From: a bacterium
GTDB lineage: Bacteria > Eisenbacteria > RBG-16-71-46
DNA: 18,126 nt
Assembly (NCBI GenBank): GCA_043779265.1
Contig: JAYWEM010000141.1
Location: 1-18,126, forward strand
Direction: 5' to 3'
Shown here: positions 1 to 7,840 of the stretch, one piece after another
Layout: every line of letters begins with the position of its first letter
Position numbering within the stretch: the stretch's first letter is position 1
Position numbers and translations under genes: made by a program
Notes under the pieces: generated by a model
Told to the model about the DNA's origin: nothing
Seen by the model: only the letters and a program-made list of their open reading frames with translations
The model's database searches: none

Positions 1-991
1 CGGGGCGGAATGCCGGTCGGTCGAACGTGATGCCCGACGCGCGGTCGAGTGCGAAGCGCAGGGCGGCGATCGGCGGTTGGAATCGGAACGTGATCCGAGA
101 GGAGGGCTCCACGCCCCAGTCCGCCACGCCGTCGGGCCCGCCGAAGCCGGCGCCGGTGTCGTCCTGCTGGTCGAGGTCGATGATCGCGTAGTTGTCGATG
201 AACACGAGATCGCCGCTGTTGTCCGTGTGCCCGCGCAGGTTGTCCGGCGCGGAGTCCGGGCCGCCGGTGCCGTCGTCCCCCGCGGTCACGACGCCGACGA
301 GCTTGAGTTTCGCGCCCGGCGGGAAGAGCCGGAATGTGTCGGTGACGCCTGCGACCGTCATGACCGTGTCGCGTGTACCGAAGCCGGCGATGCCGGCGAA
401 CACCGCGCGCCACGGCAGCACGAGTTCCATCGCACGCCCAGTGTTGCCCTGGAGGAACGAGGCCGCCGCCCGGAAGTAGCCCCCGACCGCCTGGTCATCC
501 ACCTGGGTGCCGGAGAGATGCGTGATCAGCTTGGGCGCCGAGTTCCCATCCCAGGTCGCGCCGAACACGTCGGGCTGGAATCCGAGCCCCATCGCAGCGC
601 CGGTCGTGTCGAAAGAGAAGTTGCGCCGCCACGAGTTGAGCGCCGTCATGCTCTCGAGGCCGCGGCCGGGGACGCTGTCGAGCAGCAGGATCATGTTGTT
701 GTTCCAGATCACGCCCTCGCCGGCCAGATAGAGGTTCTGGGCGTCCCACGTGATTCGGATCTGGTTGATGTCGTTGCTGACGCCCCACTTGGAGTCGTCG
801 AGCGCCTCCTCGAGGGCCCCCAGGCTGACGTTGACCCCGAATACCGTCTCATCGGGCGTGAAATCGGACGTGAAACCATCGGCCCGGATGCGGGAGGACA
901 GGTCGCGAGCGGTCACGGCGAGAGCGGGCGAGGCCGCGAGCGCGAGCGCGGCCAGCATGCAGAGCAGTCGTGGGGTCAAGATCGGGTCCAT
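1..991 (-). CDS. Secreted protein with CBM9/DOMON-like domain; 3' end runs off the left edge (not in supplied ORF track)
   Basis: Manual translation from ATG (989-991) stays open to the window edge: MDPILTPRLLCMLAALALAASPALA (signal peptide) then ...IRADGFTSDF...DDSKWGVSNDINQIRITWDAQNLYLAGEGVIWNNNMILLLDSVPGRG...FQPDVFGATWD...AMELVLPW...GPDSAPDN...IDNYAIIDLD. This motif series closely parallels the CBM9-like module of the GH57 protein. Confidence 0.85.
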   Translation of the reverse strand, partial: MDPILTPRLLCMLAALALAASPALAVTARDLSSRIRADGFTSDFTPDETVFGVNVSLGALEEALDDSKWGVSNDINQIRITWDAQNLYLAGEGVIWNNNMILLLDSVPGRGLESMTALNSWRRNFSFDTTGAAMGLGFQPDVFGATWDGNSAPKLITHLSGTQVDDQAVGGYFRAAASFLQGNTGRAMELVLPWRAVFAGIAGFGTRDTVMTVAGVTDTFRLFPPGAKLKLVGVVTAGDDGTGGPDSAPDNLRGHTDNSGDLVFIDNYAIIDLDQQDDTGAGFGGPDGVADWGVEPSSRITFRFQPPIAALRFALDRASGITFDRPAFRP

Positions 992-1025
992 CGGCAGGGA
1001 GGCGGAGCGGTGCCGTTCAAGCCGC

Positions 1026-1055
1026 AATATGCCGACCGTGACAGGAGGGGGTCAA
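1026..1055 (-). promoter_or_regulatory. Putative sigma70 promoter for the leftward CDS
   Basis: Minus strand reads TTGACC (1055-1050), N18, CATATT (1031-1026), about 35 nt upstream of the ATG at 991. Confidence 0.45.
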
Positions 1056-1136
1056 GGCGCTCGAAGCGCACCGATCGGGCCCGATTCCGACTCGGATTCC
1101 GGTATGAAGCGGTTTTCACACCGAGCCGGATGATCG

Positions 1137-1165
1137 TTGCATGACTTCTCCCGCCTCTCTAGACT
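1137..1165 (+). promoter_or_regulatory. Putative sigma70 promoter for the 821-aa secreted protein
   Basis: TTGCAT (1137-1142), N17, TAGACT (1160-1165). The same -10 hexamer occurs upstream of the GH57 gene. Confidence 0.6.
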
Positions 1166-1277
1166 TCCTGCATACGAGAGTGCCCGGCGGGCTTCCGTCG
1201 GCACCCCGGCGCGGGGCGTGTCCGGGCCCCTCCCGCGCTTCGAGGTTCTCGCGCCGCCCGGACTGGAGAAGATCCCC

Positions 1278-3743
1278 GTGAGACGGTTGCTCACCTCGCT
1301 CCTCATCCTCGCGATGGCGTGTTGCTCGGCCCCCGCGCTTGCCGCCATTCCCCAGACGATCACCGTCGACGGCATCAATGACTTCGACCCCGCGAACCTG
1401 CTGTCGGACGATCGCGATGACACGCAGACCTTCTGCAATCCATTGGTCGGGGCACTGGACCTCGGCCGCGTCTACGTGACCAATGACGCGAACTTCCTCT
1501 ACATCGGCATCGAGTTCGCACGCACGTGCTTCTGCGACATCAACCTCGGCATGGCTTTCGACGTCAACACGGCGGGCGGGGGTGTCACGGATCCCTTCGG
1601 GCGCCGGATCGGCTGGGCCAACGTGCCCTTCAAGCCGGACTTCATCATCTACGACGTCACCCCGACCAACTGCAACAGCTTCAACTACGAGGCGTTCTAC
1701 AAGGACTCCGCGAGCGCCTGGCACAACCGCTCGCAGTACATCAACCCATCCTACGGCGGCGGCTCGAACGGTCTCGGCATCGTGGACAGCGTGAACTTCA
1801 AGGAGCTCAAGATCCCGCTCTCCGTCCTGGGCGTCACGGTCGGCACACCGATGCGCATGGAGTTCTGGGTGACTCAGGAGGGCCTCAAGGGGCCGTTCGA
1901 CGCGCTCTCGAGCGACAACGTGCAGATGTCGCGGGTCGGTCAGACCACGTTCGACACGACGGCCGTCGTCCAGATGACCTCGATGATCCCGTACACGATC
2001 CTGAATGCGATCGACGTCACCGCGCCCAAGGTCTCGAGCGCGAGGGCGGTCGGGTTCCCGCTGCAGGCGAATCGCACGTTCAGCCTGCTCACCAACAAGA
2101 TCGACGTGCAGTTCGATGAGCCCGTCGATCTCGCGTCCTCGCAGACGCTCGCCAACTACGCCTACGCCGGGCCATCCCCTCGCACCGTGGTCGGCGCCGT
2201 TCGCGATGTCGCGGTCCCGAGCCTCGTGCACCTGACCCTCAACTCGTTCATCAGCGCCAACGCGGCCGCGCACCAGATCACCGCACAGAATGTGAAGGAC
2301 GCGGCCAACAACACGATCGTGAACAATGGCACGACGAACGTGGGCGGATTCTTCATTCAGAACCTGGCGGTCGAGGCGGATATGAGCCTGCCGATGTGCG
2401 GTGGCACGTTCGCCCCCACGGACACGCTCTCCGTCGAAGGCAGCCTCACGCCGCTCGATTTCACGCTGTGCAACAACGCGCTGCTCTATGACGGCAATGC
2501 CGACTCCGTCTACACGGGGACGATCCCGTTCGTGCTCACGCGCTCGCCGATCACCATGCTCGGCGAAGCGGTGCTCGAGTGGAAGATGGTGGCGAGGTGC
2601 AGCCAGTTCGAGGACTTCGGCGGCAACCGCGTGGACACGCTGCGAAGCGGCGCCGCCTCACTCACCAAGGCGGTGGCCTGGAGTAACCAGGATCCCAGCC
2701 AGTTCACCGAGCGAGCTGTCGATGTGATCTTCAAGGTCGACGCCAGCCGTCGGAACCCGCTCGTCTCGGATGTGATCACACTGCTCGGCAGCGCGGGACC
2801 GCTCGCGTTCACGCAGCCGGGCGTGCCGATGCTCGACAATGGCGTCGCGCCGGATGCCGTGGCAGACGACAGGATCTACTCGGCGAGGGTGACGTTCCCC
2901 GCCTGCAGCCCCAAGAACATGGGGTGGAAGGTCGACTTCAACGGTGCCTTCGAGTGCACCGATCAGGGGAATCGCGCGCTCTTCCTGAACGATGCCCTGT
3001 TCAGCTCGGCGAACCCGATCGTGCTCCCGGCCCGTGGCATCGATCGCTGCGAAGTGACCGACAAGCCGATCACCGTGCACTTCAAGGTGAACATGGACGT
3101 GTTCCATCCGCCCACCGCTTCGACCGACACGGTCGCGGTCATGGGCGATCGTGCGCCGCTTCGATTCGATTACCCCGAGGCGGCGGCACGGATGTTCGAT
3201 GATGGCGTGTTGCCGGACGGCCCCGCCGACGATGCCGTGTTCACCCGCTCGGTCACGTTCCCCGACTCCACGCGGTTCCGTGTCGAGTTCAAGTACTGGC
3301 GCAATGGATCGCTCGAGTGCATCGGGATCGGCAACCGCTCGTTGAACCTCGACGACGTCGTGCACTCGGTCGCCAATCCGGTCGTCCGCCTCGTGAACTT
3401 GTGGGACTACTGCAGCGAGCCGACGTCCGTGCCGATCGGCGGCGGGGTCCCGAGGGGCGATGCCTCGTTCGCATCGCTGCGTTCGGTGAGCCCGAATCCG
3501 GTCACCCGGCGTGCCACATTCGCCTTCGCGCTCCACCGGGCGGGCCGCGTGGCGCTGAGCGTCTATGACGTGACCGGTCGACGGGTCACCGAGGTCCATG
3601 AAGGCGAACTCGCTCCCGGCGACCACACGTTCTCCTGGGACGGCCGCGGCGGCGATGGGGTTCGGTTGCGAAGCGGCGTCTATCTGGTCGAACTGGCCAT
3701 GGGCGGCGATCGTGTCACGCGCAGGTTGGTGCTGACCCGATGA
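1278..3743 (+). CDS. Secreted multidomain carbohydrate-binding protein (~821 aa): signal peptide, CBM9/DOMON-like domain, Ig-like domain, three CBM20-like repeats, C-terminal FlgD-Ig/T9SS-type-A-like domain
   Basis: GTG start at 1278 after GGAG SD; MRRLLTSLLILAMACCSAPALA signal peptide. DOMON-like: ITVDGINDF...LDLGRVYVTNDANFLYIGI...ELKIPLSVLG. Ig-like: DVTAPKVSSA...IDVQFDEPVD...ANY. Three repeats match V.F.V..G...PL.F...(E/G)(W/F)K...E...GNR. C-terminus: SPNP...VYDVTGRRV...WDGRG..G..LRSGVYLV...RRLVLTR. Confidence 0.85.
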   Translation: MRRLLTSLLILAMACCSAPALAAIPQTITVDGINDFDPANLLSDDRDDTQTFCNPLVGALDLGRVYVTNDANFLYIGIEFARTCFCDINLGMAFDVNTAGGGVTDPFGRRIGWANVPFKPDFIIYDVTPTNCNSFNYEAFYKDSASAWHNRSQYINPSYGGGSNGLGIVDSVNFKELKIPLSVLGVTVGTPMRMEFWVTQEGLKGPFDALSSDNVQMSRVGQTTFDTTAVVQMTSMIPYTILNAIDVTAPKVSSARAVGFPLQANRTFSLLTNKIDVQFDEPVDLASSQTLANYAYAGPSPRTVVGAVRDVAVPSLVHLTLNSFISANAAAHQITAQNVKDAANNTIVNNGTTNVGGFFIQNLAVEADMSLPMCGGTFAPTDTLSVEGSLTPLDFTLCNNALLYDGNADSVYTGTIPFVLTRSPITMLGEAVLEWKMVARCSQFEDFGGNRVDTLRSGAASLTKAVAWSNQDPSQFTERAVDVIFKVDASRRNPLVSDVITLLGSAGPLAFTQPGVPMLDNGVAPDAVADDRIYSARVTFPACSPKNMGWKVDFNGAFECTDQGNRALFLNDALFSSANPIVLPARGIDRCEVTDKPITVHFKVNMDVFHPPTASTDTVAVMGDRAPLRFDYPEAAARMFDDGVLPDGPADDAVFTRSVTFPDSTRFRVEFKYWRNGSLECIGIGNRSLNLDDVVHSVANPVVRLVNLWDYCSEPTSVPIGGGVPRGDASFASLRSVSPNPVTRRATFAFALHRAGRVALSVYDVTGRRVTEVHEGELAPGDHTFSWDGRGGDGVRLRSGVYLVELAMGGDRVTRRLVLTR

Positions 3744-3795
3744 TCCGGGGAACGACCCTCCGGGTCACCGGGGAGCCGATTCCGACGATTCGGCG

Positions 3796-3825
3796 TGGAT
3801 TTCAAAGATGGAAGAGTGCTAATTT
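3796..3825 (+). promoter_or_regulatory. Possible extended -10 promoter for the 300-aa protein
   Basis: AT-rich patch containing TGcTAATTT (TGnTAnnnT, 3817-3825), with a weak -35 TGGATT at 3796-3801. Confidence 0.35.
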
Positions 3826-3903
3826 CAACGAGTTGCAGACCCTGTTCCCCGGGCGGAGAGCGCCTGGGGGATGCAGTCCCCCGTCCGGAGGAGTACCCAC
3901 ACC

Positions 3904-4806
3904 ATGAAGAATGCTACGACTCTCCTCGTCAGTTCGATGTTCCTCGCCTCGCTCGTCGGCGTCGCGACGGCCTCCAATGATGGCACGCTCGATGGCGCCT
4001 ACGGTGCCGCGAAGTCCGTGCAGACGACGCAGACGCAGTTCGGCGATTCCAACATCGGCTTGATCCAGTGGGCCAATGGCTCTGAACTGGACAACGCCTA
4101 CGCGTACATCTCGGGCGGCGTCCTCCACCTGTTCCTCGGCGGCAACCTCGAGTCCAACTACAACAAGCTCGAGTTGTTCTTCGACACGGGTGCTGGCGGC
4201 CAGAACAAGCTGCGCGGCGACAACCCGAACGTCGACTTCGATGGCCTGAACCGCATGGGCGATGATGGCAGCGGCAACGGCCTGACCTTCGACGTCGGCT
4301 TCGCGGCGAACTACTACATCACGGCAACCGGCGGCGATATCGGCGGCGGCACGTATGGCATGTTCGCCAACTACGCCGAACTGCTCACGTCGGGCGGTGG
4401 CGCGGGCTACTACCTCGGGACCAACGGCGCCGCGACGCCCGGACCGATGACGGGCGGCACCAACCCGAACAACATCGAGATCACGTTGAACAACAGCAAC
4501 GCTGGCGGCGTGGGTGGCGGTTGCGACCCGGCAAGCGGTGCTGGCGTGACGACGGGCATCGAGCTGCGGATCCCGCTGACGGCCCTGGGCGGCTCGACCT
4601 GCATGAACATCGTCGCGTTCATCAACGGTGGTGGACATGACTACCTGGCGAACCAGGTGCTGGGCGGCGTGGCGAGCTGCAATCTGGGCGAGCCGCGTGG
4701 TGTGAACTTCGCGACCCATGCAGGCGCGCAGTACTTCACGGTGTGCGATGGCAGCACGCCGGCGCGCTCCTCGAGCTGGGGCCAGATCAAGTCGTCCTAC
4801 CGCTGA
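3904..4806 (+). CDS. Secreted Gly/Asn-rich protein (~300 aa) with CBM9/DOMON-like fold and C-terminal SWGxIKxxYR tail
   Basis: ATG 3904 follows GGAGGAG SD (3887-3893); MKNATTLLVSSMFLASLVGVATA signal peptide. Motifs DGTLDG...SELDNAYAYISGGVLHLFLGG...LELFFDTGAGG...GIELRIPLTALG. Ends TPARSSSWGQIKSSYR. Confidence 0.85.
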   Translation: MKNATTLLVSSMFLASLVGVATASNDGTLDGAYGAAKSVQTTQTQFGDSNIGLIQWANGSELDNAYAYISGGVLHLFLGGNLESNYNKLELFFDTGAGGQNKLRGDNPNVDFDGLNRMGDDGSGNGLTFDVGFAANYYITATGGDIGGGTYGMFANYAELLTSGGGAGYYLGTNGAATPGPMTGGTNPNNIEITLNNSNAGGVGGGCDPASGAGVTTGIELRIPLTALGGSTCMNIVAFINGGGHDYLANQVLGGVASCNLGEPRGVNFATHAGAQYFTVCDGSTPARSSSWGQIKSSYR

Positions 4807-4819
4807 TCCCGCTGGAATC

Positions 4820-4870
4820 GACACACGAGAGGCCCGTCCCCCGCGAGGGAGCCGGGCCTCTTCGCGTGTC
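4820..4870. terminator. Long GC-rich hairpin between convergent genes; probable bidirectional terminator
   Basis: GACACACGAGAGGCCCG (4820-4836) pairs with CGGGCCTCTTCGCGTGTC (4853-4870) with one bulge and one mismatch, plus an inner TCCC/GGGA stem. It lies between the stop at 4806 (+) and the stop at 4877 (-). There is no long U-tract. Confidence 0.65.
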
Positions 4871-4876
4871 CGGGGC

Positions 4877-5731
4877 TCAGCCTTTGACGCCGCCCAGCGA
4901 CAGCCCGCTCACCAACGAGCGATTCAACAGGACGAACAGCACCATCACCGGCACGCACACCATGAGGCTGCCGGCGGCGTAGTTGGCCCACTCGGTCTGG
5001 AACTGCCCAGCCAGGCTCTCGAGTCCGAGCGGTAGCGTGAACAGCTCCTGCCGCGACAGGACGATCCGCGCCACGAGGAACTCGGACCATGCCGCCATGA
5101 ACGAGAACAAGGCGGTGATGGCGAGCGCTGGACTCGCGAGTGGCAGCGTGATGCGCGTGAACGCCTGCCAGGGCGTACAGCCGTCGATCAGCGCCGCCTG
5201 CTCCAGCTCGACCGGGATCGTGTCGTAGTAGCCGCGCATGGTCCAGACGCAGAAGGGCAGCGCGGTCGCGGTATAGGCGACGACCAGCCCGGCGAACGTG
5301 TCGAGGAGCCCGAGCGTGCGCATCAGCACGTACATCGGGAGCATCAGCATGGTGGCCGGGAACATCTGGGTGAGCAGGAAGAGATAGAGGCCCGCCCGCC
5401 AGCCCCGGAAGCGGAACCTCGAGAATGCATAGGCCGCGGTCGAAGCGAGCGTGACGCCGAACAGCGTCACGGCGAGCGAGACGATCGCCGAGTTGGCGAG
5501 CCAGCGCAAGAACGGTTTCTGCGTGAGCATCACGCCGTAGGCTTTGAGCGTCGCCCCCTCGGGGATCAGCGCCAGGGATGTCGAGTAGAGCTGGTCGGAG
5601 GGACGCAGCGAGATCGTCACGATCTGGAGGATCGGATAGAGGGTCGCGAACGCGAACAGGTAGAGGAACGCGTGCACCATCACGGTGCCGGGCGTCCACC
5701 GGACCGGCTTGCGCTCGTCCGGATCGTTCAT
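4877..5731 (-). CDS. malG: Maltose/maltodextrin-type carbohydrate ABC transporter permease (MalG-like, 284 aa)
   Basis: Start MNDPDERKP at 5731 overlaps the upstream stop (ATGA). Hydrophobic helices, AYAFSRFRF, LLTQMFP, EAA loop IPVELEQAALIDGC, C-terminal SGLSLGGVKG. Confidence 0.9.
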   Translation of the reverse strand: MNDPDERKPVRWTPGTVMVHAFLYLFAFATLYPILQIVTISLRPSDQLYSTSLALIPEGATLKAYGVMLTQKPFLRWLANSAIVSLAVTLFGVTLASTAAYAFSRFRFRGWRAGLYLFLLTQMFPATMLMLPMYVLMRTLGLLDTFAGLVVAYTATALPFCVWTMRGYYDTIPVELEQAALIDGCTPWQAFTRITLPLASPALAITALFSFMAAWSEFLVARIVLSRQELFTLPLGLESLAGQFQTEWANYAAGSLMVCVPVMVLFVLLNRSLVSGLSLGGVKG

Positions 5732-6615
5732 GATCGCGCCTCCTCGCCGCGTGTGGCGTCGCGCAGGACGTGCACCACGAAGCCGAGCAGGATCAGGAAG
5801 ACGATCACCGAGAACGCGGCAGCGTAGGAGTAGCGCGAGTAGGTGAATGCAGCCTTGTAGATGTAGGTGACGAGGATGTGCGTCGAGTCGGCGGGTTGGC
5901 CGCCGTTCGAGACCAGCCAGATCACCAGCGTGCTGTTGAACGTCCAGATGGTGCCGAGCAGGATCGCCGGCAGCATCACCGGCATCAGCGACGGCAGTGT
6001 GATGTGCCAGAAGCGGGTCCATCGATCCGCCCCATCGAGATCGGCCGCCTCGTACAGCTCCTGGGGGATCGACGTGAGTCCGCCGAGTGCCACGATCATC
6101 ATGAACGGGAAGCCCAGCCAGAGGTTCGTGATCACGGGGGCGACGAACGCCCAGAACGGATCGGAGAGCCATGGGATCGCGGGTAGATGGAACCATTGGC
6201 CGAGGATCAGATTCACAGCGCCGTATTCGTAATTGAACATCCCGCGCCACGTGAGTGCCGAGATGTACTGTGGCATCGCCCACGGCAGGATGAGCAGCAT
6301 GCGAAGCAGCACCTTGCCCTTGATGGGGCCGTTCAGCAGCATCGCGAGCGTGATCCCGATCGTCACGTGGCCGACGACGTTGACTCCGGTCCACAGGAGG
6401 GACTTGCCGAGCGTCTGATAGAACAGAGGCTCCGAGAGGATCAGCTGGAACTGCTCGAGTCCGACGAACACGTGGTCGCGAAAGTGGTAGAGGCTCATGT
6501 TCCGGAATGAGAGCCAGATGTTGTACCCCAGCGGGAACAACACGACCGCGAGCATCACGACCACGGAGGGCGCGAGCAGGGCGTAGGGGAAGTGGCGGGG
6601 GGCGCGCAGGATCAC
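5728..6615 (-). CDS. malF: Maltose/maltodextrin-type carbohydrate ABC transporter permease (short MalF-like, 295 aa)
   Basis: LLILPWAMP, NLWLGFPFMM, EAA loop IPQELYEAADLDGA, THILVTYIYKAAF. Lacks the large P2 loop of E. coli MalF. Confidence 0.9.
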   Translation of the reverse strand: MILRAPRHFPYALLAPSVVVMLAVVLFPLGYNIWLSFRNMSLYHFRDHVFVGLEQFQLILSEPLFYQTLGKSLLWTGVNVVGHVTIGITLAMLLNGPIKGKVLLRMLLILPWAMPQYISALTWRGMFNYEYGAVNLILGQWFHLPAIPWLSDPFWAFVAPVITNLWLGFPFMMIVALGGLTSIPQELYEAADLDGADRWTRFWHITLPSLMPVMLPAILLGTIWTFNSTLVIWLVSNGGQPADSTHILVTYIYKAAFTYSRYSYAAAFSVIVFLILLGFVVHVLRDATRGEEARS

Positions 6616-6619
6616 GGCG

Positions 6620-7840
6620 TCAGCGCTTCATGCCCGCGATCTGCTGAACGGCGGAGGCCTGCATCTCGCGCGCCGCGACCTCCGGTGTTCGGGATCCGTT
6701 CATCACCTGCTGCATCCCGGGCCTCATCGTGTCCCATAGCACCCGCATCTCGGGCACGACCGGCATGCGCTTCCCGAGCTCGATGCCGACTTGCGAGAGC
6801 TTGAGCAGCGGGTCGCCCTGGATGGAGGGATCCGACCACGCATCGCGATGGCTCGGCAGGATCCCGAGTGCGATGGCATCACGCAGCTGGGCCTCCGGCG
6901 AGGTGAGGAACGTGATCAGCTCGATCACCTGCTGCTTCTCCTCGGCCGGGACATTGACATTGATCGAGTACCCCTTGCTCGCGGTCATCGGGCGCGCGGG
7001 CTGACCGTTCGGCAGCACCCACAATGGCGCGACGCCGACGTCGATGCCGGCCTTGCGATAGCCCGACCAGGACCAGGGGCCGTTCACGATCATCGCCGCC
7101 TTGCCCTCCTTGAACAGCGTCTCGGCGACCTGGTAGTCGGACTCCTTGGGCATGATCCCCGCGGCGCGCAGACTGGCGAGATAGCCGAGGGCGTCGCGCA
7201 TCGCGGGCGTATCGAGCGTCGGATGCGACGCCTCGTCCATGACCCAGCCGCCGAAGCCGGCGAGGAACGGCGCCAGCCAGTAGGGCTCGCCCATGTTCAT
7301 GGCGAAGCCGTAGCGCCCCTTGCCGGTCAGCCGCTTGGCCTCGGCGAGGAAGGTGGCGTGGTCGGCCGGTGGCTGCGGCACGAGCGCCTTGTTGTAGACC
7401 AACATCAAGTGATTGCCGATCTGGTCGGGCGCGGCCCACAGGTGCCCGCCCAACGTGTCGAGTGATTGCGGGATGAATCGATCGAAGAACCCGGCCGGCA
7501 TGGTCTCCTCGAGCGGCAGTAGCAGCTGGAGCAGGGAGAGTGGCCCGACCTGGTCGGAGGGCCCGAAGATGATCTCCGGGCCGCTTCCCGCGGCGGCAGC
7601 GGTCTGGAACTGCTGACGCAGGTTCTCGGTGTCGTAGGGAACCGCTTCGACCTGCGCGTCCGGGTGGGCGGCGCGATAGGCCTCGAGGTTCTTCTCGAAC
7701 CGGAGCCGTTCCTCGGGGTCCATCTGCATCCAGATGACGATGCGGCCGTCGCTCTTCTTGGGAGCACCGCCGCAGCCGACCACGGGCAGCAGGATGCCGA
7801 TCGCGAGCAGAGCGTGCATGGCGTTACGGGGGAGCCTCAT
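6620..7840 (-). CDS. malE: Maltodextrin/cyclodextrin-type ABC substrate-binding lipoprotein (MalE-like, ~406 aa)
   Basis: ATG 7840 with GGAGG SD; lipobox VVG-C. Family motifs GPEIIFGPSDQVG, LVYNKALV, FKEGKAAMIVNGPW, MPVVPEMRVLW. The ORF-track N-terminal extension to 8308 overlaps the GH57 gene and is not used. Confidence 0.88.
   Translation of the reverse strand: MRLPRNAMHALLAIGILLPVVGCGGAPKKSDGRIVIWMQMDPEERLRFEKNLEAYRAAHPDAQVEAVPYDTENLRQQFQTAAAAGSGPEIIFGPSDQVGPLSLLQLLLPLEETMPAGFFDRFIPQSLDTLGGHLWAAPDQIGNHLMLVYNKALVPQPPADHATFLAEAKRLTGKGRYGFAMNMGEPYWLAPFLAGFGGWVMDEASHPTLDTPAMRDALGYLASLRAAGIMPKESDYQVAETLFKEGKAAMIVNGPWSWSGYRKAGIDVGVAPLWVLPNGQPARPMTASKGYSINVNVPAEEKQQVIELITFLTSPEAQLRDAIALGILPSHRDAWSDPSIQGDPLLKLSQVGIELGKRMPVVPEMRVLWDTMRPGMQQVMNGSRTPEVAAREMQASAVQQIAGMKR

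Noticed and set aside
1125..1141. TTGCA elements (here and at 3833) as sigma54 -12 boxes
   Set aside because: No GG at the required GG-N10-GC spacing at either site.
77..1144. 355-aa plus-strand ORF
   Set aside because: Antisense shadow of the minus-strand gene at 1-991; Arg/Gly-rich with no motifs.
1137..1277. N-terminal extension of the 868-aa ORF from TTG 1137
   Set aside because: That TTG is part of the predicted -35 box; the SD and signal peptide point to GTG 1278.
3745..3770. Hairpin GACCC-TCC-GGGTC after the 821-aa gene as a terminator
   Set aside because: Only a 5-bp core with a 3-nt loop and no U-tract; expected by chance at this GC content.
5732..6394. 505-aa ORF suggesting a long or fused MalG
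   Set aside because: The extension overlaps malF in another frame; the ATGA-coupled start at 5731 gives a normal-sized permease.
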